DNA from: a virus
Taxonomy: Duplodnaviria > Caudoviricetes
IMG/VR virus record: IMGVR_UViG_3300028374_000002
Span: 96,001-160,000 of that record
Length of the DNA stretch: 64,000 nt
Direction: 5' to 3' (one strand)
Shown: positions 38,506 through 47,591 of the stretch, in pieces
Layout: the number at the start of each line of letters is the position of its first letter
How positions within the stretch are numbered: position 1 is the stretch's first letter
The notes under the pieces: model-generated
Database searches by the model: none
Told to the model about the DNA's origin: nothing
Seen by the model: only the letters and a program-made list of their open reading frames with translations
Translations under genes and position numbers: made by a program

Positions 38506-39006
38506 TCAAAAGAATATTTGCTCTAATCCTTTCTTACCATTCCCAGTTATCTCATCTCTTACATCCATTATCATCTTGCCTAGCATATTCTTACCATCTA
38601 TATTTTTGCACTTATCACAAAAACAAGATCCAAAATAGTTATCATGCCACCAATTGCCCTCTACTAACTCTTGATTACCAGTTGCAATTAGTTTACGCCT
38701 TAACTCTTTATTCTTAAATTTTTCAGTTATCCCAAACTTCATTACAATAAACCTATATTGCTTCCAATCATTTCTAGGCTTTATAGATTCTCCAACCTTT
38801 TTCACTAAACTAGCATTATCTAACTCAGATACCATTACTCTAAATTCATTTACAGTATATCTTTTCTTCTGAAACAAAACACTAGTATTTACTTTCATAG
38901 CTATATAATAATGCTCAACACTAGAATATATTATATCATCTTCCACTATCTCACATGGGTAGAAGTTAGACAAAAAGTGATTATCCCCTCTAAATACTCC
39001 AATCAT
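38506..39006 (-). CDS. NADAR (YbiA-like) family protein
   Basis: FLSNFYP, SVEHYY.AMK, KF...L..TG..ELVE..WHDN.FG, GKNMLGK. Confidence 0.9.
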   Translation of the reverse strand: MIGVFRGDNHFLSNFYPCEIVEDDIIYSSVEHYYIAMKVNTSVLFQKKRYTVNEFRVMVSELDNASLVKKVGESIKPRNDWKQYRFIVMKFGITEKFKNKELRRKLIATGNQELVEGNWWHDNYFGSCFCDKCKNIDGKNMLGKMIMDVRDEITGNGKKGLEQIFF

Positions 39007-39025
39007 AATTTATTTATTTATTTGT

Positions 39026-39355
39026 TTAAAAAAAGTCATAGTTGGCACCAACATATCTTGGTGTGTATCTCTTATCATATCCATTTATCTCTCTATTAAT
39101 ATCTTGCTTTGCTTTTTGTCTCTCTGTCCTATTAAGTTTTTTTCTAAACCATTTAGGAGCAACAGACCTATTGCTAAAGTTGTTACAACCTTCTGTGTAT
39201 AAAAAGTAAACTTTATTCGATATAACTGATGCCTCAGAGTGTGTTGAATATGATTTATCCCATGTATATGGTGTCCTTCCAAATCTAAGATACTCATCAT
39301 ATATAGCTAATGATATATTGTACTTATCTCTGAAAAAGTGTTTATTATGCTTCAT
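39026..39355 (-). CDS. Small basic hypothetical protein
   Basis: Start MKHNKH chosen downstream of the tmRNA terminator; APKWFRKKLNRTER. Confidence 0.6.
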   Translation of the reverse strand: MKHNKHFFRDKYNISLAIYDEYLRFGRTPYTWDKSYSTHSEASVISNKVYFLYTEGCNNFSNRSVAPKWFRKKLNRTERQKAKQDINREINGYDKRYTPRYVGANYDFF

Positions 39356-39367
39356 TTTTAATATGAA

Positions 39368-39397
39368 TAAAAAACCCATCATTAGATGGGTTTTATT
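39368..39397 (-). terminator. Terminator after tmRNA
   Basis: AAAACCCATC-ATTA-GATGGGTTTT. Confidence 0.8.
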
Positions 39398-39400
39398 TTG

Positions 39401-39774
39401 TGGAGAAGATGGTGTACCGCCCACCATGTCTTCAACAGTTATTAATAACTAATCATTTACAAGTTTATTTAGTTTTTCTAAACTAAAAAAATATATAATC
39501 TTTTTGATAAACTCTAAAAATTATTAAAAAACTGTTCCATATTTTTAATTGTATAGTGCCAATTGCAGATTTTTTAGAAACTACTGTTATGCAGTTGCTA
39601 GATCCTCTACTTGGATCATGTTGTTTTGTAGAGTCGCTACTAAATCTTCACGAGTTCCTACTTTGTTTACGTTTCCGTTTAAAAAATTTGTATTTTAATT
39701 TATTAATCGGGTAAATAACAATCCGATACTTGCATAGTTGCTAATTCACCATAAATCAATTCTAGAACTTCCCC
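39401..39774 (-). ncRNA. ssrA: tmRNA (one-piece, about 374 nt, CCA not encoded)
   Basis: 5' GGGGAAG pairs with 3' CTTCTCC-A including G3.U70; helix 2 pairing; pk1 ATCGG/CCGAT + TTATT/AATAA; tag ORF 39676..39587 GNVNK...EDLATA*. Confidence 0.92.
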
Positions 39775-39785
39775 ATAGTATTTTA

Positions 39786-39800
39786 CAAATATATATATTA
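39786..39800 (-). promoter_or_regulatory. Overlapping phage (TAATATATA) and host-type (TATATTTG) promoters for tmRNA
   Basis: Minus strand reads TAATATATATATTTG, 11 nt before the mature 5' G. Confidence 0.55.
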
Positions 39801-39811
39801 TATATGAAATA

Positions 39812-40615
39812 TCAAAAAAGTTTAACTTTTTTAAAACTATTGAAAGATTTCATATATTTTAAATTTTCTGATATGTTCCCAATTGGTATACCTTCCCAGT
39901 CTATAGACACACATGCACTTGCTAGTGATTCTAGAAATGATATATTTTGCTTTTCATCCGTAGTATGTTCATTATAATAACCAACAGAAATATTAGTACA
40001 CTCCTTTATCTTACCAATGAACGATGCAGAATCACTATAAACGCCACTGTCATCTAAATTAAATTTAAGGCCATTTTCTAAGAATGTATCTTTTAATCTA
40101 TTAGCAAAAACATCACTACAACACCTCTCTTTACTTTGATGTGTTACTATAGAGTCTATACCACGCCTATCAAAGCTCACACACTTAGTTATATGGTCTA
40201 GGTGTCTATTACTGTCAAAAGAATTAGATAAGGCACTAGAGCCTATCACACCAACTTCTTCGCCTATGAAGAAGTAATATAACCCAACCACACCCCTTTC
40301 TATCATATATAGCATCAATGTAACACCTGCCTTATCATCAGCCCCTAAAATTGTATTAGTTGAGAACACATAATCATTCCCTTCTATATTTTTAACAAAA
40401 GGATTTGTATTAACTTGCTCCTTGCCATAATTATCCAAATGTGAATTAAACATTGTACTAGGCTTATCACCAACCACTTTATAATAATTCCCAAACTCAT
40501 CCTTTTCCAATTGGGGCAATATATTTAGTAAATCTTCCTCAGTAGAATGAGGATGTGTTTTATCAACTAATTTTAAAAATGTTTTTCTAATGTCGTTATA
40601 ATTTGTATTATTCAT
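39812..40615 (-). CDS. M28/M20-like zinc peptidase
   Basis: SHLD, GADDKAG, GEEVG, SFD, GYYNEH. Confidence 0.85.
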   Translation of the reverse strand: MNNTNYNDIRKTFLKLVDKTHPHSTEEDLLNILPQLEKDEFGNYYKVVGDKPSTMFNSHLDNYGKEQVNTNPFVKNIEGNDYVFSTNTILGADDKAGVTLMLYMIERGVVGLYYFFIGEEVGVIGSSALSNSFDSNRHLDHITKCVSFDRRGIDSIVTHQSKERCCSDVFANRLKDTFLENGLKFNLDDSGVYSDSASFIGKIKECTNISVGYYNEHTTDEKQNISFLESLASACVSIDWEGIPIGNISENLKYMKSFNSFKKVKLF

Positions 40616-40637
40616 ATAGTATATATTAATTTAAGAA

Positions 40638-42533
40638 TCAAGAACGTTTCCAAACCCACCTTTTTAAACAACAACCCCACACTCTATAATTACCCATATC
40701 GTGCATAATACTTACTTCAGTTTTGTTTGAATCACCTCCCATTTTTATAAGTTTCTTTTTATTAAATGAGAATCTATGTCTTCTAATACCACCAACATTC
40801 CACCAGTAGTTAATTGGTGTCTCTCCATTTAATTCAAAGTTTAAAGAAGTATATAAACCACCATTAAACACAGAACTTTCAGAAAATGAATATATTTCAT
40901 CTACATCATAAGTTTTAATATATTTTTTAAATAGCTTAGATGCAGAACCAACCACAACAAGGTTAATCTTGTTACAAAACCTTACCAACTCTATTCTTTT
41001 CTTGTTATTATGAAATGCAATAACCGATACTAATTCATTGTCATAAAACAATCCTATTGCGGTTGACCAATTAGTTTTACCCTGTAAATGGTTGTTATCA
41101 AGGAAATTATTTACTAACTTTTTATCACTTATTATTAACATATCACACTTTCTAGCGAATACTTTATCTGTTATTAAACCTAATCGGTTCTTAACAACTG
41201 ATTTTATAATATCATTTTTGTATAACCAATCATCTTCCCATATATTTATAAGGTCATAATTATTAGATAAGCATCTATTCATTTTCTCATAATGGTAGTA
41301 CTTGTCCTTATTAAGTTCAGAATGCCAATATAAACCATTATACTCTATTGCTATCTTTTTTTCCTTTATTAAAAAGTCAATTTCGTAAGGACTAATCAAA
41401 GTCCTATCACTATGTATAGCATTTTGGTCTAATTCTTTTAAAAAATCTAATATATTAGATTCTTGACTAGATTTCCCAGAGTTTATTGGATTACACACAG
41501 TACAAGTTTCTATACTAGCATCTATTCTTCTTTGTAATGTTGTTGGATGTATCTCAAATTGATGACCACAACTATTATTTTTACTTAATAAAACAAATCC
41601 TTCTCTACTTGAATTAGAAATGAACGTAAATCCTTTATCATTATAGAACTTTATTCTATTTTTAAGTATCACGTTCTTATATCTATCTGATTTTAAGTAA
41701 GTCTTATATTCATCACTTTTTGTATAATGATCAACACCAAACTTATCCAAAAAATGTTTCTTAGACTTCTCTTTGAATTCGATAGTTTTAAAGTAATTAT
41801 CAACACCATACTTTTCCATATTTGAATCCTCTATCTTATCTCTTATCTTGATACTTTTTAAGGGATGTGCAACACCATATCTTTCAAAAGATATGTTCTT
41901 ATAACTTATCCAAAAATCTTGTGTTTTAGAAATATGATTAACACCATACTTTTCTATATTAGTCTGGCTTATTTTATTCTGAACCTCCTTTGATTTAGAT
42001 GGATGGTCAACACCATACTTCTCTAAGGAAAACTCTTTAGTCTTTTCTTTAAATTCATCTGTTTTGAAATAATGGTCAACACCATACTTTTCCTCGATAG
42101 TTGTTTTCCACCTTTCTCTAACTTCCTCATTTTGAAATGATGACTTATGACCCCACCTCTCAATATTTGTTTGTTCTTGCTTCTTTTTAATATCTTGTGA
42201 TTTAGCTATGTTATCAACACCATACTTTTCTAAAACAGTTTTTTTCCTTTTCTCCTTGGTCTTGTTACTGCTCTGTGCACACTTAGTACTACAATACGTC
42301 TTATATCCCTCTGTCCACTTTTTATTAAAGCTAACTCTGTTTATGCAAGAACTACACAGTACATAAGATGTTTTTTTATTTACAAAACACCAAAGACGTT
42401 CTTTAAACGATAATTCTAAATCTATTGTATATTCAACTATTTTATCATATATATCACCATGGTTATTTATGAAATATGATTCCCTTAACCTACTTGGTTT
42501 ATTATCTATTATCTTTATTATTTTATCCTTCAT
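40638..42533 (-). CDS. Hef-like endonuclease: 23-aa KYGV repeats + Zn ribbon + Vsr-like nuclease + Mom-like GNAT
   Basis: 8 KYGVxx repeats; EIDF..IAIEYNGLYWHS..IWEDDW; NHLQG..ELVRF. Confidence 0.8.
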   Translation of the reverse strand: MKDKIIKIIDNKPSRLRESYFINNHGDIYDKIVEYTIDLELSFKERLWCFVNKKTSYVLCSSCINRVSFNKKWTEGYKTYCSTKCAQSSNKTKEKRKKTVLEKYGVDNIAKSQDIKKKQEQTNIERWGHKSSFQNEEVRERWKTTIEEKYGVDHYFKTDEFKEKTKEFSLEKYGVDHPSKSKEVQNKISQTNIEKYGVNHISKTQDFWISYKNISFERYGVAHPLKSIKIRDKIEDSNMEKYGVDNYFKTIEFKEKSKKHFLDKFGVDHYTKSDEYKTYLKSDRYKNVILKNRIKFYNDKGFTFISNSSREGFVLLSKNNSCGHQFEIHPTTLQRRIDASIETCTVCNPINSGKSSQESNILDFLKELDQNAIHSDRTLISPYEIDFLIKEKKIAIEYNGLYWHSELNKDKYYHYEKMNRCLSNNYDLINIWEDDWLYKNDIIKSVVKNRLGLITDKVFARKCDMLIISDKKLVNNFLDNNHLQGKTNWSTAIGLFYDNELVSVIAFHNNKKRIELVRFCNKINLVVVGSASKLFKKYIKTYDVDEIYSFSESSVFNGGLYTSLNFELNGETPINYWWNVGGIRRHRFSFNKKKLIKMGGDSNKTEVSIMHDMGNYRVWGCCLKRWVWKRS

Positions 42534-42539
42534 AATTTA

Positions 42540-43400
42540 TTAATTTGTGAAATGTGAAGATAAATACTCAAACACATCTAAATCATAAGGTATCCTTACT
42601 AACTCAAACCCATTATCTATACACCATCTATTTTTTAAACCATCATATTCGACTAGCTTTTTATAATATTCTTCCCCACCGAATATATCAACTGGTTTAA
42701 AATGTTGTATTCCATCATACTCTATAAATGTCCTTATACCCTCTATGTAAAAATCAAACCTTAACTTCTTATCTTCTATCTTAACAACATATTCTTTTTC
42801 ATATTTGATTTCAACTAAGTCTAGAAATTCTATTATTTCCCTCTCGCCCTTTGATTTAGAACACACAGGACAGTTTGTGTTCATATGTAGGATATAATTA
42901 GGTTTAGTATCAAATTCTGTATTGCAATCAGTACAGAGGTGTTTATGCCTATGGTGCGATCCTTTATATTCTGTTGATAATAGCTTTATATTATTAGGCA
43001 GTATTGACTTGTATTTATCTATAGAGAATATCTTACCAGAACATGACGGACATCCATTTGTAGAACTTAATATAGATTTAGGACTTGTTATAAATTCCAT
43101 ATCACATGTTTTACACTTATGTAAAGTCTTTTCTCTCATACTTATATAATTACCTAAAAGTTCTATATCCTTAGTTCTTAAAGATTCCTCATATTTAATT
43201 TTCCTATCTGTACAATTACATTTTATTTTACTAATTTCTTTGGGCTTTTTCTTATATATTCTATTGCATTTAGTACATGAGAATTTAATAGCAGTCTTTG
43301 AATCTATATAGTCTGACTCCCTTTTAATATTAGGATAATTATTTAATAGCCTAGTATCAAGTTGTTCGTTTGTTATTTTCTTACCAGATTTTGACCACAT
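42540..43400 (-). CDS. Zinc-ribbon repeat + Vsr/DUF559-like endonuclease
   Basis: Several CxxC...CPxC modules; LRFDFY..FIEYDGIQHF. Confidence 0.8.
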   Translation of the reverse strand: MWSKSGKKITNEQLDTRLLNNYPNIKRESDYIDSKTAIKFSCTKCNRIYKKKPKEISKIKCNCTDRKIKYEESLRTKDIELLGNYISMREKTLHKCKTCDMEFITSPKSILSSTNGCPSCSGKIFSIDKYKSILPNNIKLLSTEYKGSHHRHKHLCTDCNTEFDTKPNYILHMNTNCPVCSKSKGEREIIEFLDLVEIKYEKEYVVKIEDKKLRFDFYIEGIRTFIEYDGIQHFKPVDIFGGEEYYKKLVEYDGLKNRWCIDNGFELVRIPYDLDVFEYLSSHFTN

Positions 43401-43463
43401 AATTTATATATTAAATAGGATTCTTTACTGTATTATAGCACAATAGTACGCAAAGTTTTTAAC

Positions 43464-43498
43464 AAAAAAAAGAGGAACAAATTAATTGTTCCTCTTTT
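43464..43498 (-). terminator. Terminator after the major capsid gene
   Basis: AAAAGAGGAACAA / TTGTTCCTCTTTT. Confidence 0.8.
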
Positions 43499-43518
43499 CC
43501 TATTTATATTCTTATGAA

Positions 43519-45222
43519 TTAGTTTAATAATCCATTCTCGTCTGTAATTCTCAAAGTCATAAATTGCTTTTGTGGGAACCAGCCTACTTCAGCTACTGCG
43601 TATCTTGAACGTAATAACATTCTAGGTGCAAAGGTAGCTTCCGAGATAACACTAATTGATTGTGCCATTAAGTAAGGTACAAATATGATACCTGGTTGGT
43701 CAGGATTGTTCTTTCTACCTAGAGCAATTCTGTTGTCGTTATACTTCATATATGGATCAACATATATTGATATATCCCCGATAGAACCTACTGGGTAAAG
43801 TTGTCCAGCTCCGTTTAGTTTAGATTTTACTGGGTTAAGAGTATAACCTGAAACATCCGATAAAGCTGCTGCTAAACCACCGTTAGTAACTAAATACTGT
43901 GCTGGTCCAACACGTCCTTCTGTTGCAATGTAGTTAGATGCATGCATTATCTTTGTGATAAGCTTTCTTTGCACAGCGTGAGTTGTCTCACCACCTACGT
44001 TAGCACCTGCATAGTTCGTGTTTAAATCGAACAAAGGCACTCCTGTACCTCCTCCTGGTGGTGTTCTTAATGGTGCAGACTCTCTGTTAAGTTCTCCCAT
44101 TTCAAATACTTTAGCAACAATTTGCTTAGATATTGTTTGAGAAAGTTCATTAACAAGAATGCTTTCCATTTTTTGAACGATATCCATACCAGTGTTGGCT
44201 TTGATATCTTCAATTTCAGTTCTTCTAAGTGCTGATGTTATCTCGATAGTACCAACGGCAATTGTTTTAGAAGAAATTTTCGGCCCAATGATACCTGCGT
44301 ATCTCTTGTCATCTTGCTCTCTATCCATTGGATAGTTTCCAGAAAAACCATTTTCACTTGTATTCCAGTTTGCAGAAAAACCTGGTAATTGGTCTTCAAG
44401 TGCAGAAATAAGTTCAACTTTTGCACCAGATACTGTTACACCAGCAACATTAACTAATTGATCAGTCATTGCAGTTGTTGAATCAAAAGTGTTTCTTGTT
44501 TGGTCAAATGCCCATGTAGTTCCAGCAGTTCCAACAGCACCATGAGATGTGTTAAATTGTCTGTAAGCTCTAAACATTGGGAATCCATCAATACGTGAAA
44601 ATCCTAAAAATTCTACTTGTCCTGTTTTATCAGATGCTTCTGTTGTAGTGATACCAGTATCTGGAGCGGTTTGTGCTGCGATATCATTGAAAAGCGTTCC
44701 GTTTTGTAAACCACCTTGTGATTCTACAATACCAGCAGTATTTAGTTGCTCCTTAAGTGCAGCTCTAACATCTGCGATATTATCAGCATTAAGTTTAAAA
44801 ACTTGTGGTCTTTCGTCAGAAGCACCTAAATGTGCATCATCATATCTAAAATCTACGTAAAGTAAATCGATTTTTGGTCCAGGAGAAGGCTTTACTGCAA
44901 CAAGGTCTAAACCTATTGTTTGTGCAGCAATCTTCATAGCTACTGGAAGTAAGTTTTGGCCTACATCTCCAGATCCCTGTGATCCACCGTTTTGTCCAAA
45001 AGCATTACCGATTGTTGAACCAGATAATGTTGATGGCTGTGCAGCTACAACACCTCCCATACCTGATACGTTAGATGCGTTTGCGTAAGCGTTTTCATTA
45101 ATTGAGTGGAATTCTGCGTACTCGCTCATCCAGTCAATTCTGTCGCCAGAAACACCCATGTTCTCTAGAACTGGTGTCCACTTCTTCTTGGCTTTTTGAT
45201 TGTCTATTCTAATGTGTGACAT
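43519..45222 (-). CDS. gp23: Major capsid protein (T4 gp23-like)
   Basis: KKWTPVLE, DLVAVKP..GP, EDIKA..G.D, EL...I...I, GI..VPY, RYA. Confidence 0.88.
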   Translation of the reverse strand: MSHIRIDNQKAKKKWTPVLENMGVSGDRIDWMSEYAEFHSINENAYANASNVSGMGGVVAAQPSTLSGSTIGNAFGQNGGSQGSGDVGQNLLPVAMKIAAQTIGLDLVAVKPSPGPKIDLLYVDFRYDDAHLGASDERPQVFKLNADNIADVRAALKEQLNTAGIVESQGGLQNGTLFNDIAAQTAPDTGITTTEASDKTGQVEFLGFSRIDGFPMFRAYRQFNTSHGAVGTAGTTWAFDQTRNTFDSTTAMTDQLVNVAGVTVSGAKVELISALEDQLPGFSANWNTSENGFSGNYPMDREQDDKRYAGIIGPKISSKTIAVGTIEITSALRRTEIEDIKANTGMDIVQKMESILVNELSQTISKQIVAKVFEMGELNRESAPLRTPPGGGTGVPLFDLNTNYAGANVGGETTHAVQRKLITKIMHASNYIATEGRVGPAQYLVTNGGLAAALSDVSGYTLNPVKSKLNGAGQLYPVGSIGDISIYVDPYMKYNDNRIALGRKNNPDQPGIIFVPYLMAQSISVISEATFAPRMLLRSRYAVAEVGWFPQKQFMTLRITDENGLLN

Positions 45223-45289
45223 AATTTTTGTTTTATTTTTTTTAAATTTGATATAATCTATATATAAACCCTTTTTTTACCTTTTTTTG

Positions 45290-45307
45290 AAAGGTGGATT
45301 TTTTATA
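45290..45307 (-). promoter_or_regulatory. 18-bp upstream element (copy 1) ahead of the capsid promoter
   Basis: TATAAAAAATCCACCTTT (minus), identical to 47501-47518 and equally spaced from TATATATA. Confidence 0.5.
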
Positions 45308-47441
45308 GACTTTTGAACCTTTCTAATATTGCATTAGTTTCATCATCAGATAAATTATCCTCTTGGATTAGTTTATCATGTGAAATTAATTTCTTACTAG
45401 TCGCTTCGTTTTTCTTGATATTTCTAGTATCCCAGAAATGCTCAACTTGACTTTCGGTTATCATGTTATCTTCTGGATAAAGTCTAGCTTGTGAAAGCAC
45501 TGACTTTTTAGAAGTCCCATCTAACTGCTCCCAGACTGGCTTGATACTATCAGGCATTAGTCTGACAACTCTGTCTTCTAGAGTTTCGTTCTTTGTTGAT
45601 AAAGATTCGCTTATTAAACTTAGAACGTCTTTCTGTGTGAAATAACTACTTTCGTTTATATGTAGTTTAACGTTGTCTTGTTCTTCGTTAGTTAAAGCGT
45701 AATAACTATCTATTTGTGATTTGTTTAAGAACTTTAAAAAATTCAAATCACTCGTCTCAGAAACTTTTCGTTTTTTAGCCTCTTCGATTAATTTATCAAT
45801 AGATTCTGATAAGTCTGAATCACTTAATTCTGATTCTTCCATTTCACAATCTTCATCTTCTTTTTCTTCGTGTGCATGAGCAACTTCTGCCATTGTCTTA
45901 GCAATACCAGTTTGCTTTCTAGTACCTTCTTCATCGTGCATATCTTCTTCATCATGCATATCTTCATCATGCTTACCTTCTTCATCGTGCATACCTTCTT
46001 CATCGTGCATACCTTCTTGAACACCAAATCCAACAGACTCTAGTGTTGGGAATTGCTCTCCTTTAGATTCAAATAATTTACCACCATTAAGTTTTTCTAC
46101 TATCATTCCTTGGTAGTCAACAGACTTGTCAAGGCTTTCAGCGATATACTCTGAATATGCAATGTTGTCATCTAGATTCTCTGCAATGTATTCTGAATAA
46201 GCAATATTACCATCAAGGTGTTCTGCTAGGTACTCTGAATAGTTAATAGAGTTATCTACATTTTCAGCAATGTATTCACTATAAGAAATGTTCTTACTTA
46301 CGTTTTCAGCGATGTATTCTGAATAATTAATGTTCTTATCTAGATTTTCAGCGATGTATTCTGAATAGTTAATGTTCTTATCTAGATTTTCAGCAATGTA
46401 TTCTGAATATCCAATGTTCTTATCTAGATTTTCTGCAACATATTCACTATAAGCAATGTTCTTGTCTAAATTTTCAGCAATGTATTCTGAATAGTTAATG
46501 TTCTTATCTAAGTTTTCAGCAACATATTCAGAATAGCTAATAGCTTTTTCTAAATTCTCTGCTAAATAGTCGTTATGCTTAGCTAGTTTACCAGTTGTCT
46601 CCTTTAATGATTTATTTTCATTAACCATTACTTGTACTTTCTCTGATAAATAATCTAAGTATCCTATTACTTTTTCGTTAGTAGTATTAAGTTCTTCGTA
46701 ATACTCTAATAATTGTTCTAGTTTCTTAGGGTTCATACTTCCCTTAGTTACTGCTCCCTTAACTTCCTTTTTAGTTTCGTTAAGCTCTTTAACTAAATAC
46801 TGTGAGTAATCAGTTAATTGTTTCTTTGTTACAAATTCATTTTTGTTCATGTTGAATAATTCGTTTATTTTTGATTCATCGGACATTTCATATATCCTAA
46901 AGTTAGATTTGGCATCGTTGTAGCCTAATGATTCATTAAGTACGGTAACATTCATTTTAGCGGATGCAAATCCAGGATCTGCTACAATGTCGTAAGTGAA
47001 TAGTTTTTTAAGTGATACAGAACCGTCAGATTCAGTAACACCCGCTGCTCTTGATGATACAAAAACAGGACAACCATCATTTACTAATGATTTTGCTTCT
47101 TTTCCCCAATAGGTACTTAAAAGCATAATCTCACCCTCTACTGAGTTCTTTTCTTGTACATAATCTGCCTTTCTAATTATGTGCGAAGCTCTTGATAAAG
47201 AAGTATCGAATACGTCTGGGTGATCAAACTCACCATAAACAACTCCTAGACTATTCATTCTTTCATTAAGTTCGCCCAAAGCTGGGAGAAACTTATCTGC
47301 TGAATAAACTCTATCGTTTCGATTTTTTACCCCGAATTCAGTGAAAGTCCCATTCATAACATATTCACCCTTCTTAGCAGAACCGTTAGATTCTTTAATC
47401 AAGGAGTTTGTCGAATTTTCTACTATTAATACTGGTTTCAT
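45303..47441 (-). CDS. gp21: Fused prohead protease (gp21-like) and scaffold
   Basis: G.F.E.GVKNRNDRVY, GEFDHP, SHII, VSSRAAG, TYDIVADPG; long coiled-coil repeat region. Confidence 0.85.
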   Translation of the reverse strand: MKPVLIVENSTNSLIKESNGSAKKGEYVMNGTFTEFGVKNRNDRVYSADKFLPALGELNERMNSLGVVYGEFDHPDVFDTSLSRASHIIRKADYVQEKNSVEGEIMLLSTYWGKEAKSLVNDGCPVFVSSRAAGVTESDGSVSLKKLFTYDIVADPGFASAKMNVTVLNESLGYNDAKSNFRIYEMSDESKINELFNMNKNEFVTKKQLTDYSQYLVKELNETKKEVKGAVTKGSMNPKKLEQLLEYYEELNTTNEKVIGYLDYLSEKVQVMVNENKSLKETTGKLAKHNDYLAENLEKAISYSEYVAENLDKNINYSEYIAENLDKNIAYSEYVAENLDKNIGYSEYIAENLDKNINYSEYIAENLDKNINYSEYIAENVSKNISYSEYIAENVDNSINYSEYLAEHLDGNIAYSEYIAENLDDNIAYSEYIAESLDKSVDYQGMIVEKLNGGKLFESKGEQFPTLESVGFGVQEGMHDEEGMHDEEGKHDEDMHDEEDMHDEEGTRKQTGIAKTMAEVAHAHEEKEDEDCEMEESELSDSDLSESIDKLIEEAKKRKVSETSDLNFLKFLNKSQIDSYYALTNEEQDNVKLHINESSYFTQKDVLSLISESLSTKNETLEDRVVRLMPDSIKPVWEQLDGTSKKSVLSQARLYPEDNMITESQVEHFWDTRNIKKNEATSKKLISHDKLIQEDNLSDDETNAILERFKSL
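46125..46544 (-). repeat. Ten tandem 42-bp (14-aa) coding repeats NIxYSEYIAENLDK
   Basis: Counted directly in the translation. Confidence 0.95.
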
Positions 47442-47500
47442 TTATTAGATTTTATTTTTTCCTATATCGTATATATAATGAGTTATTTCTCCTTAAATAA

Positions 47501-47518
47501 AAAGGTGGATTTTTTATA
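47501..47518 (-). promoter_or_regulatory. 18-bp upstream element (copy 2) ahead of the protease/scaffold promoter
   Basis: Identical to 45290-45307. Confidence 0.5.
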
Positions 47519-47591
47519 CGATTGTCGGATTTTTTAGTTAATTTTGAGAACTTTCACCGAATTTAATATATATACTAAAATAGTTACCCAT

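Noticed and set aside
39026-39427. ORF next to the tmRNA as SmpB, with the long N-terminus given in the track
   Set aside because: No SmpB motifs; the first 24 codons overlap the tmRNA 3' end and terminator, so the start was moved to 39355.
46125-46544. 42-bp tandem repeats as a CRISPR array
   Set aside because: Contiguous, spacer-less, in frame, with variation at synonymous or conservative positions; no cas genes. The same applies to the 69-bp repeats in the Hef-like genes.
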